49,119 nt of DNA from Macrostomum lignano. Its lineage: Eukaryota. The notes below the pieces were generated by a model. The model saw nothing but the letters and a program-made list of their open reading frames with translations, was not told the DNA's origin and searched no databases. The position numbers were made by a program, and so were the translations under genes. Positions 23,601 through 34,488 of the stretch are shown here, in pieces. Location of the stretch: contig NIVC01001147.1 in assembly GCA_002269645.1 (NCBI GenBank), positions 203,720 through 252,838 of the forward strand. Reading direction: 5' to 3'. Numbering within the stretch: position 1 is the first letter of the stretch; every line of letters begins with the position of its first letter.

Positions 23601-25755
23601 CCTCAATATTACCCACTTATAGTGTCGGTGGATCTGTACGTCGAAGGCGAGAAGAGTCCTCCGCGTCGAGTTTTTCTCAGCGGTCGCGACGTGACCTTGG
23701 AGTGTCATTTTAACGGAATTCCTTTTAACCGAGATGTTCAGCCAGCTGGAGTATCGATATTCAAAAATGATGAACGAATTTCACTGTCCCAAGAAATCGT
23801 TTCTCCAACAGTGTTTCGCTATGTTCTACGTAACGCAGGGCCAAGTGACAACGGGAACTATCGCTGTAATTATAACTTTGCCGCCTTTTACCGGACATCA
23901 GTTAGCATCACAGGATCATTCAGGTTTTTCCTTTTTTATCTTTGCATATTTTGTCAAAATATTGCCGCATTGCTCATCTCAGCAAATCTATCGAGCAAAA
24001 ACTACTAGCGTAGCTGCAAGAATCATATTGGACACCACTGCTAGAGTCATGAGCTTCGTACTCGTAAAATGTTCCATGTTAATGGACTTAAAGCGTCCAT
24101 CCCATTCTATGCTTTGTACCTTCACCAATGTCTCTGTATTTCACTCCAATAATGTATGGCTCTTACGAGCGAGAAAATTCAATGCCGTTCTGATTGTCTA
24201 CAAAATTTTGTGTCGTTAAAACTGAAATTATCAAACTTATAACCAACAGCTCAAGCACTAGCAACTTGCAATTCTGCACTGGGGCCCAGTTCGTGTGCGA
24301 CCAGACCTGCAAAGATGCGAGCCTAATGTGCGACAAGAAAGCTGATTGCTCCGATGGTGCTGATGAGGCCCCCGAAAACTGTGATAGTAAGTTTTAGGGG
24401 CTTTTTGAAGTGGCGTAAGTCTCAACGCTACTTTGAAAAGTAATACATTTTGACGACCAATATGACTAATAAGGGCTTTGACTGGCTCTGAATATAGTTC
24501 AATATCGCGGACGCCTTTACTTCACAATCCCTAATTTTCACATCCCCCAAACTTCTCATCCTTAAACGTCATCATTAACCCTAATTATACTTCGCCGATT
24601 TTTCTGCAGGTTCTTGACACAGGTTTGTGGAAACCCCAAATTTCACAACCCCAAAGTTCAAAACCAAAACTTCAAAAATAAAATGACCTAAAAATTTCAA
24701 ATATAATATTTTGGGTCTGTGAAAGTTGGAGATTGTGAAAGAGCCTGCAAACAAAAACCTAGAAAAAGTGAAAACTTTATAAAATTTTGGACTTGTGAAA
24801 ATTAGGGAATGTAGAGTTTGAGATTTATGAAGTCCAGCCATTTGAAGTTTGTGAAAGTACGCCGATAACACAGCCAACTAAAACTACCTCTGTAGAATGC
24901 GAACCAAACGAGGTGAAATGCGAGACTCACAATGGCCAGAGCCCGACGAAGCGTTGCGTCCTCAAACATTGGCTATGTGATGGCCAGGATGACTGCGGCA
25001 ACGGCTATGATGAAAACCTGTCTCTTCACTCTAAGTTTTGCTGTAAGGGGTAATATCAGTTCTTTAGCACTACCAAATTGTTGAAATCATGATTCGGTAA
25101 TACGAGTATTTCTGAACATTGATCGCTTTGCCTTCAGCTTATCGTTTATCGGAGGTTTAACAAAACATTTCGGACTTTACATACATTTCTCTCATCTTAT
25201 CAATTTAGTTAAAGAAAACACCTGTACACGGTGCCGACCGGAGGAGACGTGCTGTCCCAGAAGTTCAGACAAGTGCATTCAGCGCAACTATGAATGCGAC
25301 AAGGAAAATGACTGCGATGGAGGTACCGATGAGTTGATGTGCGATCCAACTCAATGTGAGTGAATGCTGAAGTTCGACGAGAAAAAGTTTAAATAGTCAC
25401 AGACCGATCTGCTCATACTTTTTATTTATCAAATTTCTTTATATAGGTCTCCGTCTTCTAGAGCCGACAACCCGATTGGTTCTTCGGAAAAGAGTTGGCG
25501 ACTCGATCAGTATGACCTGCATAGCAAGGGGCATGGACCGACCCACCATCAATTGGCGCCGGAACTGGGCCTCCCTACCCAGGAACGGCGTTGAGGAGAG
25601 CAACGAGGTTACGGAGCGCGAACCCGTAGGCCGTTACACGGTGCTCGGAACACTACAGTTTGTGAGCTTAACAAAGAATATGAGTGGCATATACAACTGC
25701 GAAGCTGTGAACAACTGCAAACGAGAACTGTCCTATGAGATTGATTTACGCGTTT
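17699..25755 (+). CDS. Perlecan-like (HSPG2/unc-52/trol-type) basement-membrane protein, N-terminal 12 exons, ~869 aa, open-ended
   Basis: Predicted join 17699-17706, 17985-18352, 19237-19360, 19575-19753, 21734-22042, 22148-22450, 22819-23094, 23623-23923, 24250-24386, 24896-25042, 25209-25355, 25447-25755. All introns are GT-AG, phases are mutually consistent and there is no internal stop. Signal peptide, 6 Ig-like, 3 LDLa, then an Ig with [13 protein letters not shown] resembling the perlecan Ig after domain II (PIINWRLNWGHIP). Confidence 0.8.
17985..23923 (+). CDS. Signal peptide and six divergent Ig-like domains of the perlecan-like gene (exons 2-8)
   Basis: [20 protein letters not shown] signal. 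G-x-Y-x-C-like F-strand motifs: LGAYHC, TIYRC, SGYYKC, DCRLVC, VQYIC, DNGNYRC. Mostly one phase-1 exon of ~300 nt per domain. Confidence 0.75.
18589..19016. mobile_element. 428-bp MITE with ~107-bp TIRs (GG...CC ends, ~8-bp TSD; Merlin/MULE-like)
   Basis: 18589-18695 is the reverse complement of 18909-19016 with few mismatches. Flanks are aggaaatg / aggaaatt. Intronic. Confidence 0.8.
19769..19860 (+). mobile_element. tRNA-derived SINE-like head
   Basis: A-box-like tagctcagtgg (19778-19788) and B-box-like ggttcaattc (19838-19847). The box spacing is too long for a tRNA and no cloverleaf forms. 3' end undefined. Confidence 0.45.
20801..21313 (-). repeat. Possible solo LTR or repeat fragment in an intron
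   Basis: The minus strand reads TGTCGTAGGGG...AATAAA...TACATCA. Internal duplicated motif (c/a)gacaacttggta...taacagc(a/g)gtggg at 21197-21283. No matching TSD found. Confidence 0.3.
24250..25355 (+). CDS. Three LDL-receptor class A repeats (exons 9-11)
   Basis: [13 protein letters not shown] (24250-24386), [15 protein letters not shown] (24896-25042), [15 protein letters not shown] (25209-25355). Confidence 0.9.
25447..25755 (+). CDS. Ig I-set domain following the LDLa repeats (exon 12)
   Basis: [26 protein letters not shown]...GTLQF...[10 protein letters not shown]. Acceptor tatag at 25442-25446 and donor gtgagt at 25756. Confidence 0.9.
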
Positions 25756-26318
25756 GTGAGTGAAGTTGTTTTTAATTATAGTGATTAAGTGTTCTGAATT
25801 TTATTTTCCGTAAATGCTTGTCGTAGAGTAGAGTGCAGATAGCAAGGCGCTGATTAAAACGTTTAACGTTTCTGATTATAAACATCCTCAAAATTTCAAA
25901 ATTAGGAAAATCCAAAACTACAGGGGTGGCTTTTTGGCAGACATCTATAGATATCTATTCAGTTATTCCTACATTGATTCGTTCACTTTTGTAGAGCAGA
26001 AATGCTCTGTTTAACTTCCCACAGACGATATTTTTTCAGGGAGATTTACAGTTTTATTTTCTCATATCTTCTCCGAATTAAAAAAGTCACTACTGCCAAA
26101 TTCAAAATATGAACTCGCAAGCATAAAACCTACTACCCAGCACAGGGGTCGGCAACCTCCGGCCCAAGGGCTTCCAATCCTGCCCCTAAGGCCCTTGATG
26201 ATCTAGCATTGTATCCGCCCCCTGAGCTTTCACTCCATTTTCTCTCGCTTCCACCTTTCTCATCCCTATCCTGTGTTGGCCTTCTGTGGGAGAATGTAGA
26301 TGGGCTGCAGGTCTGAAC

Positions 26319-26492
26319 TGTTGTGGGTGAAACAAAAGTTACCCATAGAAATTTATTTACGTGACTGTGCAAATGTTAATATGAAGAGGTCGAACGGACC
26401 AAACTATAAAAGAACAAATAAAATGAATTGAGAGCTGAGCTCAGCGTCAATGAGCCATGGATACATTGAAGGCTTAAAGCCAAAGTACAACA
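26319..26492 (+). repeat. 5' LTR (174 bp)
   Basis: Direct repeat of 30029-30203 with about 10 differences. tataaaa box present. Confidence 0.95.
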
Positions 26493-26747
26493 GTGGCATC
26501 GCAAGCAGCAGCTACCGAAATGCCTGGAAGTCTGGCAAAGTCGCCATCCAAAGGTCGAGTTGGTAAGACAGCCGCTGGCGAGAAATCGGCACCACCAGCG
26601 ATTTACTCGAAATCTGTACAAGTGGCAAAGTCGGCAGCTGCGACAGCGGAGCAATCAAGCGCACAAGATGCGACAGCAAAAATGCTCTCAAGAGGCCAGC
26701 ACGTTGAAATCGATAAACTCGATGAAACTGCGAATTTTCAGAGGTAG

Positions 26748-27410
26748 ATGGACCGATTCACCCTGTGCAGCGAACTCAACGGCTGGCAGGAGGATACGAA
26801 GAACAAACTGCTGCTCATGAAGCTCAGCAAAAAGTTATACATATATGACGCCCTGGCAGACCGAGCTGCTCCAAAGAAGCCGGGAGAAAAGAGCTTTGAA
26901 GAGATAGTGAAACTACTGGCCAGCATCCTGGAACCAAAGACGTTCGTCATGGCTGAGAGATTTAACTTTCAGCACATCACTCGCACGACATCAACAAACA
27001 TCCGTGAGTATGCGCAGCAACTCTGCTTGCAAGCAGACAAATGTCAGTTTGGCCCAGCCAGAGACGAATCAAAGAGACCAGCTAGTGTTCGGTTTAAACG
27101 ATAAGGTGACAATCAGCAAGCTGTTGGAACAGGATTTCAGCAATCTCACCTTTGACACGACTATCAACATCGCTGAAGCGCACCAAAACTTGTCACAAAC
27201 AAAAATCCTCAAGGGCTGCCCTACAAGTCAGTCTCACTCAGCAGAGGTCATGAAAGTTTCAGCATCTATGGCCAAGAGCCCCCATTCAACAGGCTCGAAG
27301 GGTGGCAGATGCGGCACAGCACATGGCTCCAGCAGAGCGTGAGGAAAGATCTGCAACAAATGTTGGATGCCGAACCACTTCGCTGTTGTGTGCAGATCGA
27401 AGTCGAATAG
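26748..27410 (+). pseudogene. Gypsy gag with CCHC knuckle, frameshifted
   Basis: LEPKTFVMAERFNF...QADKCQF, then a frameshift to RDQLVFGLND. Zinc knuckle CNKCWMPNHFAVVC at ~27353-27394. Confidence 0.85.
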
Positions 27411-27539
27411 TTTAGGAAGAGGGCCCAAGACACCCGAAAAGTCCGTCTACTCATAGCCGGTTCAGGAGAACTGCAACACGACCAAAAACTACCAGTTTTG
27501 TAGAGGCGGAAGGGACTGGAATTGAGAATTGGTGAAGTG

Positions 27540-29953
27540 AATGGGCTTCACCAATCGTCGTAATCATAACACCATCGGGAAAGCTGAGAATTTGCGTGGA
27601 CTACAAAGTGACAATAAACCCATACCTTGTCAATGATTCTTATCCGATGCCTGCTCCTGATGAAGTAATCGCAACAGCGGCCGGCAGCCAGATCTACACT
27701 CGTCTGGACGTAGAGAAGGCTTATCACCAGATTCTATTGGATAACAGTTCTAAAGAGTTCACAGTCATGTCGACACCATTTGGAATGTTTGCCTTCAATA
27801 GGCTACCGTTTGGAGTGAAAACAGCACCCGCGATCTTCCAGCGGTACATCAGTCAAGTCCTACAAGGAATACCTGGTGTCATTGCCTATGTGGACGACAT
27901 CTTGATATGCAGCAAAAGCGTAGATCAGTTGGCAGGTCGAGAGAAGGAAGTCTTGCACCGACTGAACCATCAAGGATTAAAGATAAACATGACGAAAAGT
28001 GAATTCCGCAATAGTTCAATCAAGTTTCTGGGGTATTTACTGGAAGGAGATCAGCTGAAATTAGATCCAGCCAAAGTAAAGGCAATTCAGGACATTATAC
28101 CACCACAGAATGTCAGTGAACTTGAGTCCTTCCTGGGTCTCGTTAACTTCAGTGGAAAGTTCATCAAAAACTTAGCTGCACCGACCAAGCCGCTCAACCG
28201 GCTAAGGAAGAAAAATGAGGATTATGTGTGGACAACGGAGTGCCAGGGAGCATTCGACAAAATCAAGGCTGCACTCTCCGATCAATCGAGTCTCCAAATA
28301 TTCGACCCCGAGAAGCCAATTGAACTGGAATGCGACAGTTCTCAGCGAGCTCTAGGTGGAGTGTTGCCACAAAGCGGTCAAGTCGTGCTATACATGAGCA
28401 AAACATTGTCTGAAGCTGAGACAAAGTATTCGCAAATAGAACGGAAAGGCCTTGCATTGGTTTGGTGTATTCAAAGATTTCATCGGTTCTTGTACGGCCG
28501 GAAGTTCACGTTGATAACCGACCACCGACCACTCACTTTTATATTCACACCAGACAAGGAGTTGCCTACCAGAGTTTCAGCTCGATTGCAGCGATTGGCA
28601 ATCATCCTGGCCGCCTATGACTATGAAATACAATACCGACCGTCTAAGCTCATGAAGTCCGATGCGCTGTCCCGACTAGTGCCCGACAACCCAAATGCTC
28701 AGACAGCATCGATCGGACTGATGGAAGCTGACAGTCATGGAGTGATTCAGCTGGATCGCATTTCACAAGCAACCGATCAGGACCATGTGTCGAGGCGACT
28801 GAGCGCTGCCGTAGCCAACAATAGCCTCAATGAAGATCCAATGCTGCTTAACTACTCAAAAGTGCAGGATGGCCTGACCGTCAATGATGGAATTACCAGT
28901 ATCTACAGAAAGGACAGAATTGTACTACCAGATTGTTTGAGAGAAACTGCCTTAGCAGCTGTGCATTCTACACACCTTGGAGTTGAAAAGTCGAAGTCGA
29001 TATTAAGAGAGCAGTTCTGGTGGCCACAGATGGACCGTGATATCGCTGAGTATATCGGGCGATGCAATGTGTGCAACGCTTACAAGGCCAGAAATAAGAA
29101 CTTTAGACACTCGTGGCCAGAACCGGATAATCCCTGGGAGCGAGTACACATCGATTTCGCCGGCCCAATAGAAGGCAAATACCTACTCGTTGTTGTGGAT
29201 GCGTAATCGAGCTACCCCGAAGTATTCATAACAAACGACATGAAGGCCGAGACAGTTATCACAAGACTTCGAAGACTATTCTCACAGTTGGGTGTGCCCA
29301 AGTGTCTCGTATCTGATAATGGCCCCAGCTCTGTTAGTGAAGACGTGACCGGCTGGCTTGCCCAGATTGGCTGTGCGCACATCACAGCGCCCGCCTACCA
29401 TCCCCAGAGCAACGGGATTGCAGAGTGCATGGTGAGGACTGTCAAGGAATCAATCAAGACAAACGGTTTTTCGCAAAGGAGCATTGACAGATTCCTATTG
29501 TACTACAGAGCAACCAAAGGGAAGCAGCATGCATCACCTTCCGAGCTACTGAACGGCAGGAAAATCCGACTGCCAATGTCGGAGAGCAAGGCTCAGTCCA
29601 AGTGGAACTCAGGACAATCACTTATCTACCGTGCATCGAATTCTCACGAGCCACAAACTGTGCGATTCGCCAAAACGCTTGGCAGCAACATAGTAATCGT
29701 AACTGCAAATGAGGGACGCAGTCTGAATGCTCACTACGATCAACTTCGAGTCGGTGAGGTTTCTGAGACGCAAAAGAGCTTCAAAACTACTGCTCCTGAA
29801 CCCAGTGAAGCTGCTACTGGATGCGATGACGATCGAGCGGTTCCATCATTGCGAGACAATGTTCTACCAGTTGGACCAAAGAAGATGGAGAACCCACAGC
29901 AGCCAAGCACTGAGGCTGGAGGTCCGCCAAGGTCATCGCCCAGGCGGAGTTAG
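27540..29953 (+). pseudogene. Gypsy pol: RT, RNase H, integrase; premature stop at 29204-29206
   Basis: WASPIV, LRICVDYK, RLPFGVKTAP, AYVDDILI, ECDSS, YSQIERK, TDHRPL, HHCC (HSTHLG...CNVC), HIDFAGP, SDNGP, HPQSNG. Confidence 0.93.
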
Positions 29954-30028
29954 CGCTTGGCACTGAAGCCTCGCGTGTTTTATCGTACCCGAGTTCAGAC
30001 CGTGCACCGCCCTGTAGAAGAGGGAGGG

Positions 30029-30203
30029 TGCTGTGGGTGAAACAAAAGTTCTCCATAGACAATTTATTTACGTTACTGCACAAATGTTAATATAAAAAGG
30101 TCGAACGGACCAAACTATAAAAGAACAAATAAAATGAATTGAGAGTTGAGCTCAGCGTCAATGAGCCATGGATACATTGAAGGCTTAAAGCCAAAGTACA
30201 ACA
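30029..30203 (+). repeat. 3' LTR (175 bp)
   Basis: Direct repeat of 26319-26492, preceded by a polypurine tract. Confidence 0.95.
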
Positions 30204-31968
30204 TGAATATTTCCAGAGGGGTGGTTGTTATTGGGATTGGAGTGAGAAGAGAAGGAACAGGACATGTTTTGGGGTGACGAAATCTCAATTTAGGGTGGGA
30301 TTAAGGCTTTGATCATCATCAATTGGAAAATCGTCTGCAGATCGACATGACGCAACTGTAGTTTTTCACTTCTTTATGTCATTGGCTCCTGAGCCCTTGA
30401 AAAAATTGGCTAGTACACATGGCTATTTGGCCCCTGCTCTGAAAAGGTTAGCGACCCCTAGCACAAGGTTTGAAAATTTAAACGAATCGCTACATAAATC
30501 TTAACACACTCACCTTTCAGCTGATTGAGAAGAAGGAATCACCTTATCTCGGCTGTTCATGATGAACCTTGAGACTGGCAATTGCTTTCTTTTGATGGAT
30601 TCATCGACTTATTACTGCAAGCTCTTTATTGTTTGCACAATATTTTAACAGGACACCAAACAATAGGATTTAGTAGGATTTGAAATTTATGTCTGTGTAG
30701 CAATTATTCCGCATCCATGGATTGATTCTCGCACTAAAACTAATCTGTAGTCGTCACTAGCACTGCAGTTTTTTTACTATCAATAAGTGCAAAATTTTCA
30801 GAAAAATATTGGATCCATTAGTCATATTATTATTAGAGTATGAATATTGATAATAAACAGGTAGTTGAGCACGACCTGTGATTTAATCCTGATTCTAAAT
30901 ATCTAAAAGCGACCATTACTCTAATTAACAAATAAATACAGTAGCACTTGAAAATAAGTTGCTTGAAAATAAGGAAGCAATGTTTACAAACTGGCTGATC
31001 TAGAGCGGTGTGTCAATGGTCTTCATTTGAAACCCTGCACAGCATTAAACGCTCCACTAATCCGGAGCTCGTCCCCCATTTTTGGTAATTCCAATTGACT
31101 GAAGTCAGCTTAGGGTCATCCACGAAAGCGTTAGGGAGCACACGCTGTTTGAGCAGGCTGAAGGAACAGTCAGTAGTGGTCAAGGGGGTCAGGCCGAAGC
31201 TCAGCAGGTCCTCCATCAGAGTGGCCAGCAGGGTGGTGGTGCGGGCCTGGCCTCGGTGCAGGGGCTCCGTCGGGTCGTGCAGCATCAGGGTGGCCAAAGG
31301 GAGGGCGTCCGACCAACCATGGCTACGGCCCTCCAGGCACAGTCGGCGCCGGCGGAGGTGGTGCTCAGGATCGAGCGGGCTTCTAGCTGCTCGCTGCTCA
31401 GCAGCTCTGGGTAGCGGCATCCGAGAGAATTGAGCAGCAGTCGGCGGTAGGAGGCGTCCAGAGCAGCGAAGCGGGTTGCTGTCATGGGGACCGCCTAGCT
31501 CCAGCCCATAGAACAGGATGGGCTCCAAAGCTACCCTAAACAGTATCTTACGATCTTAGGATCTTACGAGCTAGTATTGTCAGTGGCGTTGGAGTGGAAG
31601 TGGTGGGATCGGGCACGCCAAGCCGGTTTTGAATGATGACATTGGGTCGCATGACCGGAACGCCGAGATACTTAAAGTCCTGGCAGACAGCTATTGTGTC
31701 CCCATTGGGCAGCATCAGAAGCGCGGCAGTCTCAGTGCTCACATGAAGTACCTTGGTATTCTTGGCTCTGATCTGCAGACATCACACGGGCACCCTCCGC
31801 GAAGAGCAACCACCTCCGGTTTGCTGCTCTCTGTGCCGACTCCGGGCCGCAGCAGACAAGGGCTTGTCGTCAGCATAGGCCAGACAGGGGAGGCTGACCT
31901 CAAGATGCCGCGAGCTGCGGGCGCTGGGTAACCACAAAGTCATATTCTTGCAGAGTCCTGCGGAGCAC

Positions 31969-33249
31969 CAGTGTTGGGCACTTCCGTTACCGAGTAACTT
32001 GTAAATGGTAACGCAAGTTACTTTTTCGTAAAGCGTTCCTTACGCAAGTTACTTTCCTATTTTGGTAACGGAGTAACGGTAAGTTACTCAAATTTCGGAA
32101 GTCCGTTACAGTTACTTTGCAACAATCGCAATATTTAAATTTAAAACTGATATGCTTAGCTATTACTCTAGTTGTCACATTTTTAGCATTTTTCATTCCT
32201 AAATTCAAAACTAAGTGAATAATATCATACGGTATTACGCTGTAATTAATAAAGAAATACTTGAAACATGTTTTTACTTTGTTATTTTCGGTAAAATATT
32301 TTTGCTTTTCGTTTTTAAGTTAATAAAAATATTTTGTTTAGTTCTGAGAAACAAAAAACCAAAGAAAGAAATTCATCTGTAGTCTCCACAAATCCACTCA
32401 GTGATCGACGTAGCCAGGAATTTTAATTGGGGGGGGGGGGCGGGTTGGCCTGGCTGGCCATGCCTCATGCCATTGCCACTTTTAGCGCCGCAGGCACTCA
32501 TTTTAGCGCCGCAGGCACTCATTTTAGCGCCGCAAGCACTCATTTAAGCGCCGCATTCACTCATTTAAGCGCCGCAGGCACTCAATCGCCTCATGGTTTT
32601 TGGTACCCGCCACGCCCAACCCCACCCCCCCCCAGGTGGGGTGTCTTGCAGGTGGGGTGAAGTTGCCGCCCCAACGATTGTTAAGGCGGCCTCCCTGGCT
32701 ACACCACTAAAGTCCACTGGCACTGCACTGCACTGCACAATAATTTAATATTAATGATAATAATTGAAAATAAATAAAAAGACTAGTAAAGCAGACTATA
32801 GAGTGGAGTAAAGCCAGGTACTTATTACGAGCGATGTATTATCAAGGCCAACTGAAGTTACGTTAAGTTGTCCTTGTGTATTATAACTTATAATGTTATT
32901 AAAAATTAAATTGCGTTTTGCCTTTAACGTTTCTGACCTTCAGCTTCTTTTCTTTTTACGGAAAGGGCCTAAAGAGATTAAAATTTAATACAGTTACTGA
33001 AATTAATGTTGTTTTATTCTTCCTCCTGGCTTTCGCGATCATTTGTGCTGTTCCAGCGCATTTGCAATGTTAAAAAAGCAGAAAATTTTGTTAATAACAT
33101 AGGTAACGGAAGTAAGTAACGGAAGTAACTTAAAAGTTACCGGGTTTTTGTATAAAGTTACTAGGCTAACGTAAGTTACTTTTTGAAAAAGTGGTAACTT
33201 GAGTTACAGTAACGCAAGTTACTTTTTTTGAGTAACTTGCCCAACACTG
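31969..33249. mobile_element. Non-autonomous hAT element, copy 1
   Basis: TIR cagtgttgggca / tgcccaacactg. Exact 8-bp TSD cggagcac (31961-31968, 33250-33257). Dense subterminal gtaac/gttac motifs. Confidence 0.92.
32399..32710. mobile_element. Small nested TIR element containing a 21-bp minisatellite
   Basis: Ends cagtgatcgacgtagccagg / cctggctacaccact. Flanks aatccact / agtccact. About 5 copies of ttttagcgccgcaggcactca at 32477-32585. Copy 2 of the host shows the empty site at ~36680-36725. Confidence 0.65.
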
Positions 33250-33556
33250 CGGAGCACGTACATGTTTCGTGCGGAGCACGAAAGAGAGGGTGTCGTCCTG
33301 CAGCACGCCAGAGCTAGTCGGAATCTCTTCAGTGGGTTCGTCAAATGTTTTCACTTGGCTATAATTTTACGTTTGGCCAAAATTTTTCAGTTGGCTATAG
33401 CTAACTGAGGTTACGAGCGTATATAACCGCCCATCTTCGTGTAGAGAGCTAATAAAAGCATACTGCGTGCTACTTAAAGTAATACTCTAAGAAAAGTCAA
33501 TTTAAATGTGTAACCTATTTTTGAAACGAATCATGTGCAGAGTGACTCAGAACCTT

Positions 33557-33924
33557 TTATTTTATTTTTATTAGAGGCAGGGGGGTTGTGTGCACCCTGG
33601 CGCACTTTAAGCGACATAGGCACACAACCGGCGAGAGGCATTACTGCCCATTCCGCCGACTCCCCTGAGCAGGCATACAAGCGCGCGGATACGTACGCAG
33701 GCACACACTCACACAGGAGTGTACAGCGGCCCTAACTTTATATTATCGTTAGGCATGTACACTTCACTGCGCCTTGCGGGGTTGGCTCTCAAGGCCGTTA
33801 ATTGCACGAGCAGAGCCAAGCCGAGATTCCAATTCAGCCCCAAATTAATGTGACTGCACTTGGAATCGAGCCTGGGTCGCTGGCACACCAGAGCAGCTGC
33901 GCTACCGCTGGGCTACGGCCCCCC
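33557..33924 (-). mobile_element. Full-length tRNA-derived SINE (368 bp)
   Basis: The minus strand begins ggggggccgtagcccagcggtagcgc (A box) ... ggctcgattcc (B box) and ends in a taaaa-type tail. 14-bp TSD tgactcagaacctt (33543-33556, 33925-33938). Confidence 0.9.
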
Positions 33925-34488
33925 TGACTCAGAACCTTACGTAGGACCAACATTTGTTTGTTCAAGGTGCCGGATTTCAGCAGCTGTGTGCTCAACCCCA
34001 TATTTGGTAATGCTCAAACATTCACGACCCCTTAAGCAAATACCGTGTTACGTCTTCTGCTCCGACCTGGAGCTACTACATGTACATTTAAGTAAGGAAG
34101 GCAATAGTTCACTTCACATCAAGCGGTTCGAGCTACGCTCGTATCGTATTGCTCCGCTGGATTAACTACTCCTCTTGGGATGCATGTCGTAACTACTTTT
34201 ATTATAAAATAATAGATTATGCCCTATAGACAACAAAACAATCGGCTCGGGGGCTTCTGAGTCTGCGCCAAGTATGTTCTCTAACAATACACAACATACC
34301 GGTACATATGAACTAAGTAAATATACGATCTTAAACTTTTTTTCCTCAAAATTTTACTAAAATAATAAGTGAAAATCTAAGTAAAAATTCCGACTCGGAG
34401 CGGTCTCTAAGAAGACTTTGAAGAAAAGGAAGAAAAGAAGACCTGTCTCTGAGGAATCTCTGAGGAACGAAATCCTGTCCTATTGGTA

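Larger units (their letters stand above)
26319..30203 (+). mobile_element. Ty3/Gypsy LTR retrotransposon (Mag-like), both LTRs present, internally deleted and decayed
   Basis: TG...CA LTRs at 26319-26492 and 30029-30203. TSD tgaac/tgaat. PBS-like tggcatc at 26494 and PPT agaagagggaggg at 30016-30028. Order is gag, RT, RNase H, integrase. Confidence 0.95.
26143..30460. mobile_element. hAT-like non-autonomous element (~430 bp) split by the Gypsy insertion
   Basis: TIR caggggtcggcaacct (26143) pairs with aggttagcgaccccta (30445-30460). The TSD is ambiguous (agcac shared on both sides). Confidence 0.6.
31011..33354 (-). mobile_element. 5'-truncated RTE-like LINE fragment, interrupted by a hAT element
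   Basis: Minus-strand TSSGVLQDDTL (33258-33354), resuming after the hAT with CQDFKYLGV and EPILFYGLE...DASYRRLLLNSLG. Homologous to the 3' part of the element at 39385-42445. Confidence 0.75.

Noticed and set aside
24355-24400. Hammerhead-like ctgatgag...cgaaa
   Set aside because: It lies in the LDLa coding exon (ADEAPEN). Stem I cannot form and stem II is a single pair.
24500-24890. Weak inverted and A-tract repeats in intron 9
   Set aside because: Only a short ttcaca..ccctaattttcaca inverted match. No defined termini or TSD.
33950-34190. Possible phase-1 exon after the SINE
   Set aside because: Short and stop-riddled, with no recognisable domain.
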